Source of the DNA: Phyllobates terribilis
Lineage: Eukaryota
Assembly: GCF_046119375.1 (NCBI RefSeq)
Contig: NW_027362764.1
Span: 717,774,001-717,838,000 of the forward strand
Direction: 5' to 3'
DNA length: 64,000 nucleotides
The position numbers were made by a program, and so were the translations under genes. Positions 23,838-34,285 of this stretch are shown here, piece by piece. Every line of letters begins with the position of its first letter. Within the stretch, counting starts at the first letter, position 1. The notes under the pieces are model-generated. The model made no database searches. It saw nothing but the letters and a program-made list of their open reading frames with translations, and had not been told where the DNA came from.

Positions 23838-26800
23838 TAGATCCAATGTGACTTGCCAGTAAGCTCCAGTTTTGTCTCATCTTTCCAATGGACAATTTTC
23901 CCAGAAGCTTTGTGACTTGTCAATATGCATTTTGGCAAATTCCAGTCTCTCTTTTTTATGATTTGCTTTCAACTGTGGTTTCCTCCTCCGGTTGTCTACC
24001 ATGAAGTCCACTTTGGCCAAGCCAATGAAGGATGATGTGATCTAACACTGATGTACCTTGACTTTGGAGTTTACCTCTAATCTCTCTGGAAGTTGTTCTG
24101 AGCTCTTTGTTTACTATTTATTTTATCCGTCTTTTAAATTTGTCATTTAAATTTTCCTCTTGTGGCCACATCCGAGGACATTGGTTAGAGTCCCATAGAC
24201 CTTAAAGTTCTGAATAACGTGTAACTAGTAACATCAAACTGTTTGGAGAAAGTCTTATAGCCTTTACCATTTAACATGTTTGTCTGTAATTTTCTTTCTA
24301 ACCTCCTGAGAAAACTCCTTTGCTTTCGTTGCTCCATGTTCAGTGTGGTACACACAGTGATAACAAACAGCACAATCACTACTTTTCACCCTTCTAATAG
24401 GCAGATTTAACGGATTACAAAATGATGCTGATAACAGGACGCAATTTTGTTAAATGACTGTGTACGGCATGGCTGGTGCAGGTCATATTACATATCATAC
24501 TGCATCAGACAATGTGATGTGGAGTTTTTGGTAGTTCACCATTATCTGTCATATATGCTGAAACTCCATAATGGCCCATAAACCCGAGTATCAAATGTCT
24601 GATGTAGAAAATGCAATCTAAACATTTACCTTCCAGGGTTAATGACCGCATCATCCTAACCTGTGTGTATCAATGTCACTATGTCTGCCCGTGACCGGTG
24701 TACAATATCTGCACCGTCATCCTGTACCTGCCAAACATCTGCATCGCCTCTCTTCTCGGAAATATACACCGATCAGTCATAACATTAAAAGCACTGATAG
24801 CTGAAGTGAGTAACATTGATTATATTGTGACAATGGCGCCATACAAGGGATAAGATGTATTAGCCAGAAAGTGAAATTGATGTGTTGGAAGATAAAAAAA
24901 AAAAAAAAAAAAAAAATGGATAAGTGTAAAGAAGACCTGTGATGGTAGACGATTGTGTGAACATCTCCAAAACGACAGGTCTTATGGTTTATTCCAGATA
25001 ATCGGAAGTGATCCATGAAAGGTCAACCAGCAATTAAAATTGTTTTTTCTAATGAAATGTTGATTTAGCCTCACATTTTTCACAAGGATTAATAGGAGAA
25101 AATGGACCCCACAACTCCTGAATGCGGCAATCCCCTGTACGTGGCCAGAATCTACTATTTGCACACACGGCGGGGCTCAGAAGGAAAGAAATGCTATTTT
25201 CCTTTAGGGTTCATCTTTGGCTAGAGTACTTTGTGGGTGTCACTTGCAGATCCCATGAGGTGACACCATGTTGGTAACTACCCCCCCTGAGGAATTGATC
25301 TAAGGGTGTAATACCCTATAAGTGGGCGTACTCTTCTGCTTGGGCACAGGGCAGGGCTCAGAAAAAGAGAAGCGCCATTTGGCTGAGCCACAGATTTTTC
25401 TGGTGTAGTTTGTGGTTGCCATTTGCAGAGAGCCTTCAGTGCAGAAATCCCCAAAAAGTGACCCCATTTACAAATTATACTTGGGGAATTAACCTATGGG
25501 TGTAGTGAATATTTTGACCCCACTGGCGTTTTTCAGAAATTAGTTCCCAGTAAATGTTGCAGTTAGACTAGCAAGTATGCCATATAGTGCCCAGCTTGTG
25601 CTTCTGTAAACACGTGCCCCATAAATTAAATAGGTTATCCAGGACTTAACAATTGATGGCATATCTCAGATGACAGTTGGTGCTTGTAAAGTTCTATGGA
25701 GAACTGTAACTTTCGTTTCAGAAGAACTTGCAGTAGAATGTCTGTGTCTGATTCTAGCTGCTCCCTTCTCCTCTTTCCTCTCCTCTCTCTCACACGTTAA
25801 GTATTTGCAGTAGAAATTATCTGCACTATTTCTCCATCTCTTGGCAGGAAAAACGCTGAGTAAAATACGGACTTTTTTGCCGCATTTTATACATGCATTT
25901 TTTATTACGTTTTTGCTGTGTTTTATAGATGCATTTTTTTGTTTCTTTTTTTTGCCTCATTTTATACATACATTTTTCATTGTGTTTTTGCTGCATTTTT
26001 TTTTTACATGGGTTTTTGTTGCAGATTTTGCCCCACTCATTAGTATGGGTGAAATCTGTAGCAAAAACGCTGAAAGAATTGACATGTTGTAGATTTAAAT
26101 CTGCAAGGAAAAAAAAGAAATGTCTGCATGAGACTTCAGGAATCTCATTCACTTTGCTGGTACTAGGAAATGTTTCAGGTTTTGTGGCATAACTGTGCTG
26201 TTAAAAGGCAGCAAAAACACAACATGTGTACATACCCTTACTTAATACAGATTTGACACATTTACCCATGAATTGAGATTGAAATTTCAGTCCAGGAGGA
26301 GAAAGAAACAGATTTCTCTGATAAGAAATAAAAATTACTCTCTTTAACTTTTGGGGGTTTTTTTGTGTGAAATAAGGAATAAAAAAGTAATTAAAGTAGT
26401 ATTCCTGTAAGAAGAATTTATCACCTATGCACTATGCACACGATACTTGATAAATTCTGCATCAGTGTGGGTACAACCCATCATGCCCAGACTGGTTATT
26501 GGCTTGACTGGGCTGATTCTTGGTGGACCATGCAGCTTGAACACAGAGGATCACCTGCTCCAGCCCTCACTTTTTACAACCCCTTTACATGCCAATGGCA
26601 GATCCTGCAGCACCCAGAAAGCCCCGCTGTGGAGTCTGATTGCTGGCCATCAGGACACTCGATGGCACAGACAAAGCTAGTCCTGTTTTAATCTTAAAAC
26701 TACATGTCTCACTCTGCATGGGGCCTCTGCCGTCATTAGTGCAGTCAGATCCCCGGCTGTGTTAAATGGCAGTGGGCAGTCTGTGCTGTCAGTACAGCTG

Positions 26801-26924
26801 CTCAGGAGCCCAGTGAGGAGAATTGCCAAGGGACTTGTCAAAAAAGCAGAAACATCAAGTATGTTGGAATGAAGGCTGAATGTATCAGCAATACTGTGAG
26901 GAGCCTAAATATTGGGGCAGACTT

Positions 26925-27165
26925 TGTGTGATGTGACTATATTGTAGGATGTGTGCTCTCTCTGTATCATGTGGTCGTTGTTTGCATGACCTGTGCTGTG
27001 TGCTTGTATCATGTGTGTGTTGTGCTTGTCTGGCACGTGTGCTGTGCTTGTGTGATATGTGCACTGTGCTTGTGTGACGTGACCATACTGTATGGTGTAT
27101 GCACTGTGTTTTTATCGTAGGTGCATTGTGCTTGTATGACATGGGTTCTGTGCTTGTGTAAGAGG
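26925..27165. repeat. Degenerate TG-rich repeat (TGTGCTGTGCTTGTRTGA-like); similar sequence resumes at ~29465-29960
   Basis: Recurrent GTGCTTGT core on both sides of the 27.3-29.5 kb insertion. Confidence 0.65.
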
Positions 27166-27345
27166 GTGGATATCGGTATGGTCGAGGACGACCATCTTTT
27201 ATGTACGAGGGTATGTAAACTGGTAGACAATAAGTCCTGTCCCCACTCAAGAAGATGACGTGACAAGTGTGCTGAAGGTTATTTCTGTGTGTGGTTATAT
27301 TTCTTCTTACAATATATAAAAATGTATTTTATCCTTATGGCCGGT

Positions 27346-29465
27346 GTGTGTGCCAGGTTCTGGTAGGGTTAACCACAAGGCCGTTCTCAGGGAACACAGG
27401 AGGGTGGCATTATAGGGGAACCAGTGGGAAAGTTATAGGGATATAGGAAGTAGTCAGTGTTGAGTATGTTGTGTGTTGGAGAGGATGTGAAAGGGGAGAA
27501 GTCAGGTTTATCGTTTGTGGGACTGCAAGCCTCAGCAGGAGAAGAAGCTGGTTATGGAGGCGGCAGGACATTTCAGGCAGGTGGGGACCCCTGCACAAAG
27601 GAAAGCTATACGTCCGGGAAAAGGGAAAATTCAGTGGAAAAGGGGGACCTTGGCACCCTGCTGTGAGTACTTAAACAGAGAGTTTAGTCTCAACGAGCGG
27701 CATTTGGGACTGACATAGGCAAAGGCTTAGGGCATCAGGGTCATAGTGATACACGTGGACCCATTTGACCCTACCCTTAAGAAAACTCAGGCAATTACAA
27801 CTACTCTTCATGCCTCCTGTGGTATCTGTTGCCGGTAACAAAATGCAAACTAACGCTAGGAATGGAGCCGGTGTATTGTGTGGAAGATGGAGAAGGAGAA
27901 TGTACAACCTGTAATCCTCTGTTCACCAGTTTGGCCCTGTATAAAATGGACATTGTTTTTAAGGACTGGTTTGGCTTATTGATCGAAAAGGTAAAAGGGA
28001 GTGAGATTGTACTAAGTGCATTGAAAATGGCGTTCGAAGCAGCAGATCCAGGTACATTGTCGCACACACACACCAATACCGCTCAATTTTCTGTAACCGG
28101 CCCTTTTATGGAAAAGGCGTCCCCCTCACACGGCTGCCGCTGAGGCCCAGCTTACAAGGGGAGTAAGTGGCAGGATGCGAACATTTGAAATGGAGAAATC
28201 GGGGAAACTAATACCTGAAAGGGACAGGATGGCGCACAATGGCACAAGCCCCAAGATGGCAGCGTTCTGTGACCTGAGTCAGAAAAGTCCAGCCCATCGT
28301 GGGAGTGGACGGCACCTGAAGGTGCAAAGAAGATGTGCCATGCCCACCAGAGTGATGACCTTGAAAAGTCCAACCTTGAAAAGGTGGAACGTCGCAGAAG
28401 GGGGCGCAATCCAGCAAGGAAGGCAGCCCATTAGGTGAGAAACGCTGAGTGAAGGAGACATGTCCAGAGGCAGAGTCACTAAGAGTGGCGGAAGAAGTGG
28501 CGGTCGCATCACAAGTACGGCTTCCGGAAGGGCAGAGCCAGTCGGAAGGGGAAAGCTTGGTGAGTGACTGGCCGGTGCCATTTTGCCCACAGCTAAGAAC
28601 CAGAGCAGACGTGCTAACAGCAATGGACAGATGTCGTCTCAGTAACAGCTCGTCCTCAATGGAAGTTCCTATGGCGGAGGATGAGTTTGAGCGCCGATAA
28701 AAGCTACGGAGCAAAAGGGAGTCAGCAGGGTGCGTCAATAGAGACCAGAAGGAGGAGCCTAGTCAACACCACAAGGAAGACGGGGGGACCCAGACTCTCA
28801 TTCAGTCCGAGGAAGATGAAAAAGAATTTCCTGGCTCGGGAATGCCCTGTACGGCCGGATCCGGCACAAACATCTGCTTGTCCAGAAATGGTTCTGCCCA
28901 GGTGTTCATGGCCGGTACAAGACTTTTACAGAACGATCCTATACAGCGCCCTGCTGTGAGTACTTAAACAGGGAGCATTATCTCAACGAGCGGCCCCTGG
29001 GACTTACATAGACAAAGACTCAGGGTATCAGGATCATCGCAATACACATGGACCCGTATGACCCTACCCTTAAGAAAACGCAGGCAATTCCAACTACTCC
29101 CCATGCCCCTGTGGTATCTGTTGTCGGGAACTAAAATGCAAACTGTAGTTCTAGGAATGGAGCTGGTGTATTGTATGGAAGATGGAGAAGGAGAATGTAT
29201 TTATTATTATTTATTGATATAGCGTCATTTATTCCATGTTATCCCCTGTTCACCAGTTTGGCCGTGTATAAAATGGACATTGTTTTTAAGGACTGGTCCG
29301 TCTTATTGATCGAAAGGGTAAAAGAGAGAGAAATTGTACTAAGTGCATTGGAAACAATGATGGAAGCAGCAGATCCAGGTACAATGTCGCACACACCCAC
29401 CAACACTCAATTTCCTGTAACTGGCCCTGGCGTAGAGAAGGCAGCCCACTCACACGACTACCGCT
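27346..29465 (+). mobile_element. Unclassified element with two diverged ~490-bp direct repeats (27656-28143, 28950-29465), possibly LTR-derived
   Basis: Both repeats begin CCCTGCTGTGAGTACTTAAACAG and end ...CTCACACGRCTRCCGCTG. No recognisable retroelement protein motif between them. Confidence 0.5.
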
Positions 29466-32400
29466 GTATGACGTGTGCGCCATGCTTTTTTAACATGAGT
29501 ATACCGTGTGACGTGTGCACAGTATTTGTATGGACTATGCTCTGTGCTTGTGTCATGTGTGCTGTAGCTTTTGATGTGTGCTCTCTGCTTGTGTGATGTG
29601 TTTTTGCTTGCATAATGTAAACATAGTGCTTATGTGATATATACAGTATTTTTGTGTGATGAGTGTGCGGTGCTTGTGTCTCATATGTAATTTGTTTTAT
29701 GTGTATGCATGACGTGCGCATGTGACATGTGAGCTGTGCTTGTGTAATGTGTACTTCTGCGATGTGTGCACTGTGCTTGTATGATATGAGAATATTGAGT
29801 GAAGTGTGCTTTGTGCTTGTCTGATGTGCACTATACTTGTATAAAATGTGTTCTGTGCTTGCATGATGTGTGTTCTGTGCTTTTGTAATGTGAGCATTGT
29901 ATGTTGTGTTTGTGTGATCTGTGCTTAGTGCTTGTCTAGCGTGTTCTCTGTGCTGATATGCCAGTCCAAGGGAGATGAGATGAAAATAAAAATATTTAAA
30001 TAATGAAATACCCCCCCATGTCTTTTACGTGTAAAATTAATTACAAAAAAAAGTAACAGGTAAAAAAATAGAAAAATAAATAAAAATGTCGTTCTCAGTC
30101 CAAATCTCTTTAACCAGCCCTGTTGTGTCTGATATATAAAATACATTTTTACAGAACGGGGAACAAATTTTCAAATGTAATTTAGAAAATCCTTTCTGTT
30201 CATAAAAAATATGGAAAAACAGTCACTTATTTCCCTTATTTTTCCACTGATTTTGCCTGATATCAGCAAAAAAAAAAGAGAAATGAAGCCCCATGTATCA
30301 TGAAAAAGAAGACGCAAAAATTACTTGAATATTCGATAGAGGAAAAATTAACAGCTCTTTAAATTGTATGTGAGAAACACCCAAAAAGGTGCCTGGTCAG
30401 GAACAGGGGTAAATGGCCGGATCTTGAACTAAGGAAAGGGGCTCATACAGAATTCTTGCACAAGGGCCCTTTGTTCTCACTGTCCGCCCTTGATCAGTTG
30501 CTCTGTGTACAGTCCCTGATGTGTCTTATATGCTACAACCCATATTACCCTAAAACCCATAGGACTGGAACTGTATGTGGGCTGTCATGTGGATGATTTC
30601 TACCTGTGTGTGCTCCCTAGAAAATGCAGAGTCTATACTGCATAGATATTCATAATATCGGGCTGGCGCTACATGATGACTTTGTCCGTGACACACTTCC
30701 CACGGGCAAAGATCACGTTACGTTATTGTTAGAACGCACTGTAATGTTGGCGAATGCGGTTCTGCAAACACAACACAAAAGTGGGAAAAAAAATGTTTGG
30801 TGGATTTCTTATCCCCTCCATTATAGCATTCACTTACATTATAGTGCATGGTAGCAGCAGCTACGTGGTCGTGTGACGTGTATTGAGGCTAAAGTCGTGA
30901 AGTCTCATCCTATGTGTTGGTGGCCTGTTTTTCATGGTTATTTTTTCTAGGCTTTTTATACTGTTTTTACTTTGCCAAATATACTGCACACGGATATTTC
31001 TAGGTTGTCCAAACACACTGTTTTCGTTGGGATTGGCCAGGAATCTAATGTGTATGGGGACCGCCTAATTCTTCTGCGACAGATAATATTGAGGGAGAGA
31101 AGGATCTGATCCTTTTGTTCTCCCAAGAGATAAGACGCTGCCAAAGGAGGATGGATGAGGGGACAAATGAATGTAGATGATGGGACATAGGAGTCTGGAG
31201 GGAGGGAGACAGAGAAGTCTGGAGGGAGGGAGACAGAGGAGGCTGGAGGGAGGGAGGGAGAGAGACAGAGGAGGCTGGAGGGAGGGAGAGAGACAGGAGG
31301 CTGGAGGGAGGGAGACAGAGGAGGCTGGAGGGAGGGAGACAGAGGAGGCTGGAGGGAGGGAGACAGATGAGGCTGGAGGGAGGGAGGGAGGGAGAGAGAC
31401 AGGAGGCTGGAGGGAGGGAGACAGAGGAGGAGGGAGGGAGACAGAGGAGGCTGGAGGGAGGGAGACAGAGGAGGCTGGAGGAAGAGAGACAGAGGAGGCT
31501 GGAGGAAGAGAGACAGAGGAGGCTGGAGGAAGAGAGACAGAGGAGGCTGGAGGAAGAGAGACAGAGGAGGCTGGAGGAAGAGAGACAGAGGAGGCTGGAG
31601 GAAGAGAGACAGAGGAGGCTGGAGGAAGAGAGACAGAGGAGGCTGGAGGAAGAGAGACAGAGGAGGCTGGAGGGAGAGACAGAAGAGGCTGGAGGGAGAG
31701 AGACAGACGAGTCTGGAGGGAGGGAGAGAGAGGGGTCTGGAGGGAGGGAGACAGAGGAGTCTGGAGGGAGGGAGACAGAGGAGTCTGGAGGGAAGGAGAC
31801 AGAGGAGTCTGGAGGGAAGGAGACAGAGGAGTCTGGAGGGAAGGAGACAGAGGAGTCTGGAGGGAAGGAGACAGAGGAGTCTGGAGGGAGGGAGACGGGG
31901 GTCTGGAGGGAGGGAGACAGAGGAGGCTGGAGGAAGAGAGACAGAGGAGGCTGGAGGAAGAGAGACAGAGGAGGCTGGAGGAAGAGAGACAGAGGAGGCT
32001 GGAGGAAGAGAGACAGAGGAGGCTGGAGGAAGAGAGACAGAGGAGGCTGGAGGAAGAGAGACAGAGGAGGCTGGAGGAAGAGAGACAGAGGAGGCTGGAG
32101 GGAGAGACAGAAGAGGCTGGAGGGAGAGAGACAGACGAGTCTGGAGGGAGGGAGAGAGAGGGGTCTGGAGGGAGGGAGACAGAGGAGTCTGGAGGGAGGG
32201 AGACAGAGGAGTCTGGAGGGAAGGAGACAGAGGAGTCTGGAGGGAAGGAGACAGAGGAGTCTGGAGGGAAGGAGACAGAGGAGTCTGGAGGGAAGGAGAC
32301 AGAGGAGTCTGGAGGGAGGGAGACAGGGGGGTCTGGAGGGAGGGAGACAGAGAAGTCTGGAGGGAGGGAGACGGGTCTGGAGGGAGGGAGACAGAGGAGT

Positions 32401-32919
32401 CTGGAGGGAGGGAGACAGAGGAGTCTGGAGGGAAGGAGACAGATGTTAGAACCTTGCTGTTAGGTTTTTTTTCCTTTGCTGGTCACATGACCTTGTTGGC
32501 CTATTTAATCCTGCTCCGCCCTTCTGGCTTTGCTGGACTTCATTGTATATCTACTTTCTAGCTAGCCTGTGCTCTGTATCTAGCTCTGTTAGTTTGCTTG
32601 GTCTACGGACCTCTATGTTCTATCTATTTTGTTTGTTCGTCTGTCTGCTACTATTTCTGTTAGGAGGTATCCCATATTCCTCCCAGTCCTTAGTACTTGT
32701 AGGGATTCCCTCCCCACATCTATAGGTCTCCGTACAGACTAGATTAGGACTTTAGCAGGTCTGATCGCAGGATCAGGTTCCCTGTTACATCGTAGGGATT
32801 CAGCTGAGTCCTATAGTAGGGACAGATCTCCTCTCTTTCCTTAGCTTTGGTAGCAGAACATAACAGTAAGTCCAGCCTGCAAATTCTCTAAGGAAAGATT
32901 TTTTTTTTTTTGTTCCATC

Positions 32920-33759
32920 ATGGTGTCTGTTCAGGATTTGGCTAAACACCTGCAGGGACTCTCTCTGGAAGTGGCCGAGCTCCGTCAGCACGTGAGTAAC
33001 TGTCCTGGAGCATATTTCTTGGAGCCTAAGGTATGTTTGCCGGATTTATTTTTTGGTGAACATCGAGAATTTTTTTCATTTAAAAATGCTTGCTTATTGT
33101 ATTTTCGTTTGAGACCCAAGTCCTCTGGGGATGAATCCCAGCGCGTAGGGTTCATAATGTCACTTTTGCGCAAAGAGCCTCAGGAGTGGGCCTTTTCTTT
33201 GCAACCTAGTGATACATGCTTCAGATCAGTGGATAGTTTTTTTTCTGCTTTAGGATTATTATATGATGATCCTGACCGTGTGGCATCAGCTGAGACTGAG
33301 TTGAGACGTTTAAAACAAGGATCAGGTAATGTGGAAAAATATTGTACTCATTTTCGTCGTTGGTCCACTCAAACAGGGTGGAACGATTCTGCTCTGAAAA
33401 GTCTATTTCTTGCTGGGCTCAGTGAAAGGGTTAAAGACCTGCTAATTGCTTATCCTACACCTGAGGATTTGCAACAGGCTATGCAATTAGCTATACGGGT
33501 GGATAGAAGACTGCGTGCTAGGGTTAATGAGAGCAAATCCTCTGCTATGTCAGTTTCTGGTTATGATAATGTGTGTACTAACAGTGGTGAACCGATGGAG
33601 ATTGGATCGGTGGCACCTCGCTCTCAAGAAAAAGACCGTCGTTTTTCGGAAGGCTTGTGTTTCTATTGCGGAAAATCTGGTCATTTGATTAAAGGCTGTG
33701 AGCTTCGTATGAAGAAAGAAAAAAAAAAATGGTCAGTCACGCCCGTATTGCCTGTTTAA
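32920..33759 (+). CDS. Gag (retrotransposon capsid domain plus CCHC zinc knuckle), intact 279-aa ORF
   Basis: EPKVCLPDLFFG...LKQGSGNVEKYCTHFRRW...EPMEIG...CFYCGKSGHLIKGC, typical of sushi/PEG10-type Gag. Confidence 0.88.
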   Translation: MVSVQDLAKHLQGLSLEVAELRQHVSNCPGAYFLEPKVCLPDLFFGEHREFFSFKNACLLYFRLRPKSSGDESQRVGFIMSLLRKEPQEWAFSLQPSDTCFRSVDSFFSALGLLYDDPDRVASAETELRRLKQGSGNVEKYCTHFRRWSTQTGWNDSALKSLFLAGLSERVKDLLIAYPTPEDLQQAMQLAIRVDRRLRARVNESKSSAMSVSGYDNVCTNSGEPMEIGSVAPRSQEKDRRFSEGLCFYCGKSGHLIKGCELRMKKEKKKWSVTPVLPV

Positions 33760-34199
33760 ATTCCAAGGGTATATTTTTAGCTGCTTCCACGATTGCTCAG
33801 GAAAAATTAATGGAATTTCGGGTGTTTGTTGATTGCGGGTCTACACTGAATGTAATTGATGGGGGATTCGTGGAAAAACTAAATTTAAAACCTGAACCTT
33901 TATCATCCCCCATTGCTGTGGTTTCTGTGGATGGCTCCCCTTTGAAGAATATTACTCTCAAGGTCAGTGAATTTCCTCTCACTATTAATGGTGTTCACCA
34001 TGAGAAATTGGATTTGGTAGTGTTGAATAACTTGCCTTCTCCAGTAATATTGGGTTTGCCCTGGTTAAAATTTCACAATCCTGTACTGGATTGGTCTACC
34101 AGTGAAATTAAATCCTGGAGCCATAAATGTTATGACAAGTGTTGTAACGGGCGTATTGCAGTATCTTGTGGCCTGGAAAGGTTTCGGACCCGAGGATAA
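33729..34199 (+). CDS. Retropepsin-like aspartic protease in the -1 frame relative to gag; truncated by the pol deletion
   Basis: VFVDCGSTLNVID (D-S/T/C-G-like active site) and VILGLPWLKFHNPVLDW. Confidence 0.82.
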   Translation: MVSHARIACLNSKGIFLAASTIAQEKLMEFRVFVDCGSTLNVIDGGFVEKLNLKPEPLSSPIAVVSVDGSPLKNITLKVSEFPLTINGVHHEKLDLVVLNNLPSPVILGLPWLKFHNPVLDWSTSEIKSWSHKCYDKCCNGRIAVSCGLERFRTRG

Positions 34200-34285
34200 C
34201 TCTTGGGTGAGGTCAGATGATGTTTCCGCGTCCAGACTTATCAGAGCGTTTCACAGGAGATTTCCTGATAAGCCTGGTCCTAGGG
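34159..34285 (+). pseudogene. Chromodomain remnant from the integrase C-terminus
   Basis: QYLVAWKGFGPEDNSWVRSDDVSASRLIRAFHRRFPDKPGP; out of frame with the protease. Confidence 0.85.
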
